Of a DNA stretch of 64,000 nt, positions 37,101-49,034 are shown one piece after another (position 1 is the first letter of the stretch; every line of letters starts with the position of its first letter). The position numbers and the translations under genes are program-made. The notes under the pieces are model-generated. The model was not told the DNA's origin. It saw only the letters and a program-made list of their open reading frames with translations, and did no database searches. This stretch comes from an uncultured Planctomycetaceae bacterium (GTDB lineage Bacteria > Planctomycetota > Planctomycetia > Pirellulales > PALSA-1355): NCBI GenBank assembly GCA_963785305.1, contig CAWAUV010000007.1, positions 1,568,001 to 1,632,000 of the forward strand, written 5' to 3'.

Positions 37101-40100
37101 CTGAGCACCTCCGATTGGTCACGGGCGCAGGCGTCCGCGGGCTTGGCCAACGAGGAGAATGGCTATGGCGATGGAACCGATTCGCCCGTCACGATTTCCG
37201 AAAATCAGGGCACAATGACCACCACCGGCGACTGGCAGATCGGCACCGACGCCGGCTCGCCCTATCTCTATAGCGACGACGACAACCCCGCCACGGCCAC
37301 TTGGACCGTCAATGGGCTCGGTAGCGGTCGTCAATATCAAGTGCTCGTCTCTTGGAATCCCGGTCTCGATCGGACCGAGGACGCCCCCTATTTCGTCTCG
37401 GGCGCCGACGAACTGAACATGCCCGATAATGGGCCGGTGCGTTTCGACTTCAATCAGCAACAAACGCCCGGCCAGATCTACGAATACGATGGTCAGTATT
37501 ATCGGAGCCTGGGCTTTTATACACTCGAGCCCGGCGATCAGTCGTTGTCGGTAGAGCTCGACACCTCGCAATCCAGCGATGGAGGCGCCAACCAGGAGTT
37601 CGTCGCCGGCTCGCTGCTGGTGCTGGCCAATGCCTCGGGATTCGGCGATAACTCCCAGACCACGTTTACCACGCCGGCCGGCAGCCATCTGAACGAGCCG
37701 CTGACCTACAACGCCGCGGCCACCACCAGCTCGGGCGACACCTTTACCTACACCGACAAGGATGGCACGCAGTACACTTTCGATTACCTCGGCCGCCTCG
37801 TGGACACCACCGATCGCGACAACAACAACACCGTCTATGCCTACAGCACTCAAGTCGGTCCCGACGGGCATTACGACCTGCTCGCTTCCATCACGCAGCA
37901 AGGCGGCGTCGAAACCGTTTATGATTACGACGGTGACGGGTATCTGGAGAGCATCACCGACGCCGCCGGCCTCGTATCCACGTTCGACGCGAGTGGCGGC
38001 GAATTGAGCTCGTACAGCGCTCCCAACCCCGGCGCCGGCGGCGATGCCGCGCCGGAAACGATGTCCTTCGGTTACACCGGCGCCACGGATTCGCTGGCGT
38101 CGATCACCGATGGCGACGGAAACACCACCACGCTCAACTACGGTTCCGATGGCCGGCTTAAGGGCGGAAGCAACGCCGATGGCGGCTCGTGGTCGTTTAC
38201 CTCGATGCTCGATAGCGGCCTCGATCAGATCGACGCCGCGCCCGAGGGCGATGTCGGCGACGACTCCGACGAGCCCGAGGCCGAGTTCACCGATCCGCTG
38301 GGCAACACGTCCTACTATCAAACCGATGTCTACGGCCTGCTCACCGCCCAGGCTGATCCCACCGGCGCCGTCTGGACGTGGCAGCGCCAAGATCCAACCA
38401 CTCCGGCCGATGAACTGGGCACATCGTACTTCGGCGGCAATGGCGGCGACGACGACGGCTTACCCACGTCGAGCGTCGAGCCGGCGGGCGGCGGAGGGAC
38501 GAATGCGCTGGGCGCCCTCACCACCACCTATCGATATGATTCGCAAGGCAACTTGATCGAAACCGACTATCCCGACAACTCCGGCGATCCCGACGGGCTG
38601 ACGGAGTCGTGGTCCTACGGAATCGACAGCCAGCTTGTTTACCACGACGATCCGGCCGGCATTGCCACCAGTTATTCGCTCGACGCGAACGGCGACGTGA
38701 CCAGCCAGACCGTGGGCAACACGATCACCACCTTCACCTACACGCCCGCCCCGGCCGGCCCCGGCGATCTCGACTCGCTGCCGGGCGGCCTCGTCACCAG
38801 CGAGACGGTCTCTTCGTCGAACGATGGCTCCGAGGACGCCTCGGAAACAACCACCGCGTATTACACTCCGGGCGACGCTCCCAACCTGATGAGCATCGGC
38901 CAGCCCGAGACGGTCGTCGCGGGCATTGGAATTCTGTCCAACGGTCAGGTCGATCCCGCCCAGCAAGGCGTGGTCACCAATTACACCTATGACACCAACG
39001 GCAACCTCGCCACCTCGACGCTCGTCATGAACGCCGCCCCCAACGGGGCCGCCACAGGGCTGGCCAACCGCGTGACCGCCTATGTCTACGACGCGCTCGG
39101 CCAACTGGTGAGCAAAACCGAGCCCGATCCCGCCACCGGCCTTCCCACCGGCCCGACCACGACCTACGCCTACGACGGCGCCTGCAACCAAATCAGCGTG
39201 ACCGATGCGCTCGGCAACACCACGAAATACGTCTACGACCCGATGGGCCGATTGACGCAAACCATCCAACCGACTCCCGGCGGAGCGCCTGGCGCCTCCC
39301 AGGCGAATCCCACCACGGTCAACGTCTACGATCTCGACGGCAACCTGACCAAGTCGATCGATGCCGACGGCAACTCGACCAAGTACACCTACGACGCCGA
39401 CGGCAATAAAGCGACCGAAACCGATCCCAACGGCGGCCTGACGATCTTCACTCACGACGCGCTCGGCGAACTGATCAGTCAGACCGATCCGCGCGGCATC
39501 GAGACCACCTGCGCCTACGACGCCCAGGGCAACCAGACCCAAGTCACCACCGACGCGGGCGGTCCACTCCAAGCCACCACCACCACCCAGTACAACGGCG
39601 ACGGCCAAGCGACCCAGGTCACCGCGCCGGGTCCCAATGGCGTCTCCGACATCACCACCTATCTCTACGACAATCAAGGCGAGCTGGAGACCGAGACCAA
39701 TCCCGATCCGCTCAATGGACAAGCCGACGGCGGCAGCCCCACCAAGACGTTCACCTACGACGCCTTGGGCGACGTGACGAGCGAGACGCGAACCAACGCC
39801 GCGCCCGAGGGCGGCGCGGTCGCCATCGCCAGCCTCGCCACCGCCTATCTCTACAACGCCCTCGGCCAACTGGTCAGCCAGACCGATCCCGATCCGTCCA
39901 CCGGCCAAGACGATTCGGGCAGCCCGGTGACGACCTACGCCTACGACAACGCCGGCGACGTGCTGACCACCACCGTCGCCGCGGCGGCCACCGGCAATTC
40001 CCCGGCCATTTCGCGCACCACGACCGACACCTACGACGCCGATGGCAACCTCGTCGAAGCGGTGGGCCCGGCCCCGGGCGCGGCGGGCGAAGTCGCGTCC

Positions 40101-43056
40101 GACGTGATTTACGGCTACAACGCCGATGGCGAAATGACCTCGGAGAAGGACGAGGTCGCAACGTCCCTCGGCAACACCACCTGGGCCACCACCACGTTCG
40201 CCTTCGACAACCTCGGCCGCCAGTGGCAGACCATCGCCCCGCCGCTCGCCAGCGGCGCCGACGCGGGCCTGTCGCCCGAAACCGAAACCGTTTACGACCC
40301 CGATGGCAACGTGCTGCAAAGCCAAACCCTGACCGCGCCCAACACCTGGGCCACCACCATCGACGCGTACGACCCCAACGGCAACCTGCTGACCCAGACC
40401 GACCCCGACGGCGACAAGACCACCTACACCTACGACGCCGACGGCAACCAAACCAGCGTCACCGACCCGGACGGCAATAAGACGACGTTTACGTACAATT
40501 CCCAGAACGAGCTTTCCGGCGAGTCTCGCTATACGTACGAAAGCCCCTCCGCCCCGAATGTGTTGGTGAGCGAGAGCTTTTCATACGACAACGCCGGCGA
40601 CCTGACCAGCGAGACCAATTTCGACGGGCAGACGATCAACTACACCCACGACCAAGCCGGGAACGTGACGAGCGCGTCGAGCGGCGGCGTTACTTACAGT
40701 TATGCCTACGATTTGCTTGGCGACATGCTCAGCGCCGCCGGCACGACCGGAACCGAAACGCTGGTCTACAACGCCGACGGCGAGGCGACCGCCGATTCGT
40801 TCACCGGCAACGGTTACAATGGACCGGTCACGCTCACGAACACGTACGATCCGCTTGGCGAGCGGACCACGAGTTCGCTCACGCTCGGCGGCGTGGCCGA
40901 CTACGTGAACAGCTATTCTTACGACGGCGCCGGCAACGAAACGGGCGTCGCGCAGCAAGGCCAAGCCGGCGGCGATTATGTGGCGCCGAAGAGCGCCCTC
41001 ATGACCTACGACACCGCCGGCGACTTGCTCGGCGTGACCCGTTACAACGGGGCGAACGCCAGCAGCCCGATCGTCGCGTCCAGCGCTTACAAGTATGACG
41101 CCAACGGCAACCTCGCGAGCCTCGTCGACACGGCGCAAGGCGCCACGCTTGCCGGTTATGCCTGGAGCTACAACGTGCAAGGCGAGGTGGCCGCGTTCAC
41201 CAACAGCCAGCACGCCGGCGAAAACCTCATCTACGGCTACGACGCCGCGGGCCAGCTCGATGGCGTGACGGGCGTCAACGATCCCTCGCTCGATGAAGGT
41301 TATGTCTTCGACGCCAACGGCAACCGCCAATCAGCGACCACCGACGCGACGACCGCCGGCTCGTCGAGCGGCGCGAACAACATGCTAATCACCGACGGCA
41401 CGTACACATACCAGTACGACGCCGAAGGCAACCGCATCGAAGAGACCAGCATCGCCACCGGCGCGTACACGACCTATGCCTACGACTTCCTCCAGCAACT
41501 CACGACCGTCACCAGCTACACGAGCGCCGGCGCGGTGACGCAGACGGTGAACTACACCTACGACGCCCAGGGCCGGCAAATCTCGGAGACCGTCTCAGTG
41601 GCCGGCGGCGCCACGACCACGACCAAGTTCATCTACGATGGCGAAAACATCGTCGCGACTTTGGATGGAACCAACGCGCTGACGAACCGGTATTTGGATG
41701 GCCCGTCCGTCGATCAAGTCTTCGCCGACGAGCAATTCACGCCAACGAGCGCGGGCCAAATGCCAAGCGCCGCCGGCGCGACGATTTGGCCCTTGGTGGA
41801 CAACCAGGGGACGGACCGCGACTTGGTGGAGTATAATGCGACCACCGGCGTCACAAGCGTCGTCGATCACGTCGCGTATAATAGTTTTGGAGCCGTTACG
41901 AATGAAATGAACGCCGCGATCGATTACCTCTTCGGCTACACCGGCTTCGTGCGAGATTTGGCGACCGGCCTCGACCAAAGCCAGTCGCGAGAATACGATC
42001 CCCTCGACGGTGTCTGGACCCAACAAGACCCGATCGGCTTCGCGGGCGGACAAGCAAATTTGAGGCGCGTATGTCGGCAATGGGCCGACGGATGGGACGG
42101 ACCCGAGCGGGAACGCCGAGATCGATTGGAACGCCGTGCTGCAAAAGTCGTCGGCGGCTTCGAACGTTCGCGTCGTCGGTGAAAACGAACTTGCGCCCGC
42201 GAAACTCGATTTGATGTTCGGCGAAACGCCGTACAACGCCGCGAGCTTGGTCATGTATGGCCGCGCTCATGCGGACGAACAAATTATCAATGATGGTTCG
42301 ATAGCGGCGGAAAGCTTCGGTTACATTAAATTTGGCCAACAACAAGGCATGCAAGGGTCGCACGATTGGATGCGGCCCGGCTATTACGATGAGTTTGGAT
42401 GGCATCAAACCTTCTGCATGTCGTGTCATGATGCGTCGAACCCCGCGTCGATGATGAAACGCGGAGCCGCCAACGCAACGATGTCGACATGGGGACCGCA
42501 GCTCGGAATAATCGCGACGGCGATTGCAACATCGCTCGTTCCGGCGGAAGCGTTGGGAGCCGGGGTTGAAATTGCTGGAGCCGAAGCGGTTTCTAGCGGC
42601 GTTGTTGATGCGGGTAATGCCGCAAGAAGTGGGCTGAACATACTAAACCGTGCGTTCGCGCCAAATACAACTGCGTTGAACAAGGTCACGGCGTTCGACT
42701 TCTATACGGGTGAAGCTGGATTTTCAGCCAGCGACGCCATCAACCATATGCGGGGTATCGATTTTGCAAGGCCGGTCACCCCAGTTACGATTCCATATGG
42801 AAGTCTCGCGCAACAATATGCGGGGCCAAACGGCGTCGGCAGGTATTTTTCGCCGGTCGGCGCGACCCCATTAGAGATTGGCATCACCCCGGCAGGTAGA
42901 ACACAAATGTTGTTCCAGAGCATGGGAGAAACACGTGCGCTGGAATCATTCGCGAGACCCGATTATGTTTACCCAACCGGAACGGTTCCCGGGGCCGGCG
43001 GCGCACTCCAGTACTTCGTCCCCAAACGAGGAGTGTTCACTCCGATCTGTCGATGA
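25157..43056 (+). CDS. Giant Ig-repeat/RHS polymorphic toxin (~5,900 codons once joined), C-terminal Ntox46-like domain; broken by frameshifts ~27390, ~35940, ~42064 and a MITE
   Basis: RRAVLESLEARQLM leader; ~7 Big_3-like repeats (PTGSVDFYD..ATYSGD); cadherin/He_PIG-like and Calx-beta-like modules; YD repeats ~37.7-42.0 kb; core end QQDPIGFAGGQANL..DPSG; tip FYTGEAGF..HMRGIDFARPV..QQY..GRYFS. Confidence 0.85.
31710..31896. mobile_element. 187-bp MITE-like insertion
   Basis: Imperfect TIRs GTTCAAGTTTCGCG / CGCGAAAGTCGAAC and a TTC duplication (31707-31709, 31897-31899). Removal restores the frame PGVFGMATITVRATD. Confidence 0.85.
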
Positions 43057-43083
43057 TAATTCCGAAACAACAGGGATTGCACC

Positions 43084-43404
43084 ATGCAAGGGCCTCAACC
43101 TACCGGCACGTTTAACGGACTTTCAGAATTTTCGCCTTGGGAGGATGGAAAGCTCTCGCGCGGAACGCGGTATCGTGTGATAAAAGAGTTTATCGATTTC
43201 GATGGCGACGTGCATCCAATTGGAGAAGAATGGGCCTTCGTCGCTAGCATCTTCTCCCCGTACGACGAGCTCCTACTGATCGGCGTTCGACTGCCGTCCG
43301 GGGAGGAATGGAAAATCCTCTTGAGCGCGACGGCAGAGGCTCAACATGCGGTTATTGAGAATATCTTGCGCTATGTAGCACCAATTTCAAGCCAGGGGAC
43401 ATGA
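43084..43404 (+). CDS. Immunity protein, DUF3601-like
   Basis: YRVIKEFIDFDGDVHPIGEEWAF..FSPYDE; immediately after the toxin stop. Confidence 0.7.
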   Translation: MQGPQPTGTFNGLSEFSPWEDGKLSRGTRYRVIKEFIDFDGDVHPIGEEWAFVASIFSPYDELLLIGVRLPSGEEWKILLSATAEAQHAVIENILRYVAPISSQGT

Positions 43405-43413
43405 ACGGGGCCT

Positions 43414-45663
43414 ATGGGTTCTCGGCTCCCGGCCTACGATCAATTCGGCGACCAGACCAGCGAATCGAGCGCCGGCGTTACTTACAGTTATGCCTACGAT
43501 TTGCTTGGCGACATGCTCAGCGCCGCCGGCACGACCGGAACCGAAACGCTGGTCTACAACGCCGACGGCGAGGCGACCGCCGATTCGTTCACCGGCAACG
43601 GTTACAATGGACCGGTCACGCTCACGAACACGTACGATCCGCTTGGCGAGCGGACCACGAGTTCGCTCACGCTCGGCGGCGTGGCCGACTACGTGAACAG
43701 CTATTCTTACGACGGCGCCGGCAACGAAACGGGCGTCGCGCAGCAAGGCCAAGCCGGCGGCGATTATGTGGCGCCGAAGAGCGCCCTCATGACCTACGAC
43801 ACCGCCGGCGACTTGCTCGGCGTGACCCGTTACAACGGGGCGAACGCCAGCAGCCCGATCGTCGCGTCCAGCGCTTACAAGTATGACGCCAACGGCAACC
43901 TCGCGAGCCTCGTCGACACGGCGCAAGGCGCCACGCTTGCCGGTTATGCCTGGAGCTACAACGTGCAAGGCGAGGTGGCCGCGTTCACCAACAGCCAGCA
44001 CGCCGGCGAAAACCTCATCTACGGCTACGATCCGGCGGGCCAGCTCACCGGCGTGACCGGCGTCAACGATCCCTCGCTCGATGAAGGTTATGTCTTCGAC
44101 GCCAACGGCAACCGCCAATCAGCGACCACCGACGCGACGACCGCCGGCTCGTCGAGCGGCGCGAACAACATGCTAATCACCGACGGCACGTACACATACC
44201 AGTACGACGCCGAAGGCAACCGCATCGAAGAGACCAGCATCGCCACCGGCGCGTACACGACCTATGCCTACGACTTCCTCCAGCAACTCACGACCGTCAC
44301 CAGCTACACGAGCGCCGGCGCGGTGACGCAGACGGTGAACTACACCTACGACGCCCAGGGCCGGCAAATCTCGGAGACCGTCTCAGTGGCCGGCGGCGCC
44401 ACGACCACGACCAAGTTCATCTACGATGGCGAAAACATCGTCGCGACTTTGGATGGAACCAACGCGCTGACGAACCGGTATTTGGATGGCCCGTCCGTCG
44501 ATCAAGTCTTCGCCGACGAGCAATTCACGCCAACGAGCGCGGGCCAAATGCCAAGCGCCGCCGGCGCGACGATTTGGCCCTTGGTGGACAACCAGGGGAC
44601 GGACCGCGACTTGGTGGAGTATAATGCGGCGACGGGGGTCACGAGCGTTGTCGACCACATCACGTACAGCGGCTTCGGAGCGGTGACGAGCGAGACGAAC
44701 GCGGCCGTCGATTACCTCTTCGGCTACACCGGCTTCGTGCGAGATTTGGCGACCGGCCTCGACCAAAGCCAGTCGCGAGAATACGATCCCCTCGACGGTG
44801 TCTGGACCCAACAAGACCCGATCGGCTTCGCGGGCGGACAAGCCAACCTGAGCGCGTACGTCGGCAACGCGCCCACGAATGAAATTGATCCGACTGGCTT
44901 GGCGGGTTTGATTGAAACTCCTGGTGGCGGAGAAATTCACGTTTTGGTTACGGGGGCCGTTATTGTCAATAAGGATTCGGAGACAGGTCATACACCGAAT
45001 CCGATGGAACTCGACGTGATTAACGATATGCGGGGGCAAGTCGTCGACTTTAATACTCCCGCCTGGAAGTATGCAATCGAAACAGGTTACACGCGAGTGA
45101 TCGTATCGGATGTGCTGCACCCGGAAGAAGCCCGGCGTCGTTCAGCTTTCTTCGCGGTGGGCGCAATGGGGATGATGGATATCGTCGGCGGTACGCGGCT
45201 AGCCCCACCGCTGGGACAGACGAATTCCGTTCGAGTAACTGTCCCGGGGCCTATCGCCAACCCATCAGCGAGCCCTTCTGCCCGTGTCCGTTCTGCGGAG
45301 GCCAGTGTCAGATTCGACACAATCCCGCCCGGGCGGCGGCTTCAGACCTATTACCCGCCGAATCGCGGTTTCCTCAGCGACCCTGTGAAGCAGACGTTGC
45401 AGCCGGGTGTCATCGTCGATAGATACGGTCTCGATCGTGGCTCGTTTGTCGCTCCGGCTGGCACTCCATTTGAAGCTCGCTCGCTCGCGCCGGCTTCCGC
45501 TGGCGCGCCCTACAACGTCTTCCGAGTGGTTAAACCGATCGAAGTTGACGCCGGAGTTGCGGCACCATGGTTTGTTCAACCCGGGCTGGGACCGCAATAC
45601 GAACTACCTGCGCGTGTCAGCGACTTGCTTAAATCAGGCCACATTGAGAGAGTAACGCCATGA
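43414..45663 (+). CDS. Orphan RHS cassette with TNT-family (NAD glycohydrolase) tip
   Basis: ~43471-44850 is nearly identical to ~40683-42060; DPTG; tip PPNRGF..VDRYG..GSFVAPAGTPFEARSL..APWFVQPGLGPQY. Confidence 0.88.
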   Translation: MGSRLPAYDQFGDQTSESSAGVTYSYAYDLLGDMLSAAGTTGTETLVYNADGEATADSFTGNGYNGPVTLTNTYDPLGERTTSSLTLGGVADYVNSYSYDGAGNETGVAQQGQAGGDYVAPKSALMTYDTAGDLLGVTRYNGANASSPIVASSAYKYDANGNLASLVDTAQGATLAGYAWSYNVQGEVAAFTNSQHAGENLIYGYDPAGQLTGVTGVNDPSLDEGYVFDANGNRQSATTDATTAGSSSGANNMLITDGTYTYQYDAEGNRIEETSIATGAYTTYAYDFLQQLTTVTSYTSAGAVTQTVNYTYDAQGRQISETVSVAGGATTTTKFIYDGENIVATLDGTNALTNRYLDGPSVDQVFADEQFTPTSAGQMPSAAGATIWPLVDNQGTDRDLVEYNAATGVTSVVDHITYSGFGAVTSETNAAVDYLFGYTGFVRDLATGLDQSQSREYDPLDGVWTQQDPIGFAGGQANLSAYVGNAPTNEIDPTGLAGLIETPGGGEIHVLVTGAVIVNKDSETGHTPNPMELDVINDMRGQVVDFNTPAWKYAIETGYTRVIVSDVLHPEEARRRSAFFAVGAMGMMDIVGGTRLAPPLGQTNSVRVTVPGPIANPSASPSARVRSAEASVRFDTIPPGRRLQTYYPPNRGFLSDPVKQTLQPGVIVDRYGLDRGSFVAPAGTPFEARSLAPASAGAPYNVFRVVKPIEVDAGVAAPWFVQPGLGPQYELPARVSDLLKSGHIERVTP

Positions 45664-45896
45664 ACAAGAACGAACTTCAAACGGTGTTAGATCAGGAAGG
45701 TTTTCGCTCCGATTGCTACGACCTTGATGGCGGATTGTTGCCCGAGCGGTTGACGCTCGCGAACGAAGGAGACAAATGGGCCGTCTACTACAGCGAACGT
45801 GGCCAACAGACGGGTAAACGGTACTTTGCTACCGAGAGCGAGGCTTGCGAATACTTTCTCGAAGAGTTGCGAGATGAGCCATCGGCGAAGGCATAA
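45660..45896 (+). CDS. Cognate immunity protein of the TNT tip
   Basis: ATGA-coupled, 78 aa, WAVYYSERG..FATESEACEYF. Confidence 0.8.
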   Translation: MNKNELQTVLDQEGFRSDCYDLDGGLLPERLTLANEGDKWAVYYSERGQQTGKRYFATESEACEYFLEELRDEPSAKA

Positions 45897-45995
45897 TCAT
45901 TTAATCATTTAACCCTGTCCCGCCCGAAAATCGTCTACCGGCTACGTGTCTCTCCCGAAAACCACGTCCGAGAGGAGTAGCAATCTCAAGTAGGG

Positions 45996-47576
45996 TTGAC
46001 TTCGTGGCGTTGGCTTCGACGGAGTTCAAGGGAAACGGGCGTCGCGCAGCAGGGCCAGGCCGGCGGCGATTACGTGGCGCCCAAGAGCGTCGGCATGATC
46101 TACGACGCCGAAGGCAACCGCGTCGAGGAAACCGACATCGCCACCGGCGCGTACACCACCTATGCGTACGACTTCCGCCAAGACCTGACGAGCGTCACCA
46201 GCTACACGAGCGCCGGCGTGGTGACGCAGGTCGTCGACTATACGTACGACGCCCAGGGGAGGCAGATTTCGGAGAGCGTCGCCGCCGGCGGAACGACCAC
46301 CGAAACGAAATTCGTCTACGACGGCGAAGCGATCGTCGCCACGCTCGACGGAACCAACGCGCTGACGAACCGGTATCTCGACGGCCCGGCGGTGGATCAA
46401 GTCTTCGCCGACGAGCAGTTCACGCCGACCAGCGCCGGCGAAATGCCGACCGCGGCCGGAACCGTCATTTGGCCCTTGGTGGACAACCAGGGCACCGACC
46501 GCGACTTGGTGGAGTATAATGCGGCGACGGGGGAAACGACGGTCGTCGATCACATCACCTACAACAGCTTCGGCACGGTGACGAGCGAGACGAACCCCGC
46601 GATCGACTATCTGTTCGGCTACACCGGCTTCGTGCAAGACCTCGCGACGGGATTGGACCAAAGCCAGTCGCGCGAATACGACCCGCTCGACGGTCTTTGG
46701 ACCCAGCAAGACCCCATCGGGTTTGGCGGCGGACAAGCGAATTTGAGCGCGTACGTCGGCAACGGGCCGACGAACGGGGTCGATCCAAGCGGGAATTTCA
46801 CGATTGTAAGAACAAACGATCAAAGGAATCAGATTTTAGCGAAAGCAACGACTGAGCTTGATGCAGCAGTTGCGGCTGGAACGATCACAAACGACGAGAA
46901 AGAGCTGCGACTTTACATCGTGACGGCAGTGTTAAGCGGTAAAATAGGCCAACAGGGCAGCACACCCGATAAACGCGATCTAACTCAATGGGAGTTGCGG
47001 GGAGAAAAAGATGAAGAAACGTGGGAATTCTCAAAATCCGGAACACCTACAAAGGCAATGCTCGACGCATACCAGAAAACCGGCGACGACCAGTACTGTA
47101 CAATGTGCCGCGGCGCGGCTCGACTAAACAACCTGAAAGGGCAAGTCGACTACGCAATGAAACACGGTACCGCGGCGCAATTAAACGATTATCTCCAAGG
47201 GAAGTCGCTCGACGACTTGTTTCCCGATCCAAATTACGACAAAGGCGTAACGCCAGGCAAATTCGAAACTGTAACATATTACGAGAAAGGATTTGATCCC
47301 TCCGATCTGCTCCCTGGAGATCAAGTGTGGGTCAAGAATCCGGCATTTGATTCGATTCCTAAATCGGTCCGAGATGCAAATACGGGAGACGAAGGTAGTA
47401 ACAAGATATACGTCGGCGCAGGACTATTTAGCCAGCCGTATGGGTCAGACAAGGCGGGCGTTGTCCTCGTTACATATCCCGAATTCCGTGAAAGCGTTTC
47501 CGGATATGCTGGAAATCCGCAGGAGTCGACATTAAAAATTAATCGAGTGCAACGTCCGCAAGTCCCTTCCTTTTAA
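45996..47576 (+). CDS. Orphan RHS cassette with putative transglutaminase-like tip 1
   Basis: RHS core to DPSG, then YCTMCRGAA, LLPGDQVWVKNP and EGSNKIYVG. Confidence 0.75.
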   Translation: MTSWRWLRRSSRETGVAQQGQAGGDYVAPKSVGMIYDAEGNRVEETDIATGAYTTYAYDFRQDLTSVTSYTSAGVVTQVVDYTYDAQGRQISESVAAGGTTTETKFVYDGEAIVATLDGTNALTNRYLDGPAVDQVFADEQFTPTSAGEMPTAAGTVIWPLVDNQGTDRDLVEYNAATGETTVVDHITYNSFGTVTSETNPAIDYLFGYTGFVQDLATGLDQSQSREYDPLDGLWTQQDPIGFGGGQANLSAYVGNGPTNGVDPSGNFTIVRTNDQRNQILAKATTELDAAVAAGTITNDEKELRLYIVTAVLSGKIGQQGSTPDKRDLTQWELRGEKDEETWEFSKSGTPTKAMLDAYQKTGDDQYCTMCRGAARLNNLKGQVDYAMKHGTAAQLNDYLQGKSLDDLFPDPNYDKGVTPGKFETVTYYEKGFDPSDLLPGDQVWVKNPAFDSIPKSVRDANTGDEGSNKIYVGAGLFSQPYGSDKAGVVLVTYPEFRESVSGYAGNPQESTLKINRVQRPQVPSF

Positions 47577-47587
47577 AGAACACCATC

Positions 47588-48412
47588 GTGGCGCTAACTT
47601 GCTGTCGTCACGGTGGCAAACACACGAGTAAAGAAATGATCGCACACAAAGTTCCACTAATAACATTCGCTGCTTTGCTGGGGATTGTTACAAATAGTCT
47701 CCTCTATGCCGCCGACCCTACTGAGGATTCCGTTGCAAAGGTACTGTCTGAGAAATGCACCGATGCGGGCGAAAAAATACTGCACTCGTTGAAGTCAGCA
47801 AATCTTCCGCCGAAAATTGAAAATATTGCTGATGGCGCGTTTAGCAAGCCTCTGTTTCCGGAAGATTTTGATTGGAACGAGTACTACCGTGTAAATAGAG
47901 TGATCCGAGACGTCGGCCGCAACGCCACCGAACTATGGCCGTGTTTGCTTGATCATTTGACGGACGACGCGTATTGCATCACCACCAATTACGATAGTAG
48001 TTACGCGCATAACGAAAGCGTTGGTGATATTTGTTTTCTTGCTGTCACAAGTTGGTTAAACGGCTGCTATCGGCATAGCGCTCCATCGGATCGCCCTGTA
48101 TGGTGGAGAGTGGGCCCTGGCAATCAAAACCGAGAGCTGCTACGCGACTGGTGTCGAGCGCGGCGCGAAAAACAAATGTACGAATTACAAATCGATGCCG
48201 CCGAATGGGTGATACCCTTCATCGTAGACGAAGTGAAAGCTCCGTCGGACACAAAAGAAGCGTGTATTGATGAAATCGAAAAGAAGCTCGCCGCGTTGAG
48301 AGAAAGCCGCAAGCCAATACCTGGTTATGTTTTTATTACAGGCATTAGCCTTTTTTCCTCCAAAAAAGCTCATCGAATGACAGATGATTCCCGGGATCAG
48401 GATTCGCGATGA
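47588..48412 (+). CDS. Secreted immunity protein (family shared with 52601-53287)
   Basis: Signal-like stretch; LLDHLTDDAY..SVGDIC..W..RR..MYELQIDA. Confidence 0.75.
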   Translation: MALTCCRHGGKHTSKEMIAHKVPLITFAALLGIVTNSLLYAADPTEDSVAKVLSEKCTDAGEKILHSLKSANLPPKIENIADGAFSKPLFPEDFDWNEYYRVNRVIRDVGRNATELWPCLLDHLTDDAYCITTNYDSSYAHNESVGDICFLAVTSWLNGCYRHSAPSDRPVWWRVGPGNQNRELLRDWCRARREKQMYELQIDAAEWVIPFIVDEVKAPSDTKEACIDEIEKKLAALRESRKPIPGYVFITGISLFSSKKAHRMTDDSRDQDSR

Positions 48413-48534
48413 TTACAGCGGGGGCGTTCGCGGGGACGAGTGAGACGGACGCCGCGATCGACGGCCTATTCGGCTACGTTTGTCCCTTGTCCCTCCCGAA
48501 GACCTTAACGGCGGGGATGGCGATCCCGATTAGC

Positions 48535-49015
48535 GTTCGCCGACGAGCAGTTCACGCCGACCGGCGCCGGCGAAATGCCGAGCGCGGCGGGAACAGTCAT
48601 TTGGCCCTTGGTGGACAACCAGGGGACGGACCGCGACTTGGTGGAGTATAATGCGGCGACGGGGGTCACGAGCGTTGTCGACCACATCACCTACAGCGGC
48701 TTCGGAGCGGTGACGAGCGAGACGAACGCGGCCGTCGATTACCTCTCGGCTACACCGGCTTCGTCCGCGACGTTGCCACCGGGCTCGATCAAAGCGAGTC
48801 GCGTGAATATGACCCACTGAACGGAATTTGGACGCAAGAAGATCCAATCGGCTTCGCGGGAGGACAGGCGAACCTGAGCCAGTACGTCGGCAACGGGCCG
48901 ACGAACGGAATGGACCCGACGGGCATGTACGATGCGGACGTACATTTTTATATGACGTACTACTTAGCGTCCGAGGTCGGATTAACAACCGCAACAATGT
49001 ATGCCCGGACCATCG
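48535..49015 (+). pseudogene. Orphan RHS cassette truncated shortly after the DPTG motif
   Basis: FADEQFTPT..TQEDPIGFAGGQANL..DPTGMYDADVHFYMTYYLA, then an abrupt junction to ACAATCCAAAGGGGTCAGG. Confidence 0.8.
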
Positions 49016-49034
49016 ACAATCCAAAGGGGTCAGG

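Noticed and set aside
37119..41330. Long minus-strand Val/Gly-rich ORFs
   Set aside because: Antisense to RHS repeats.
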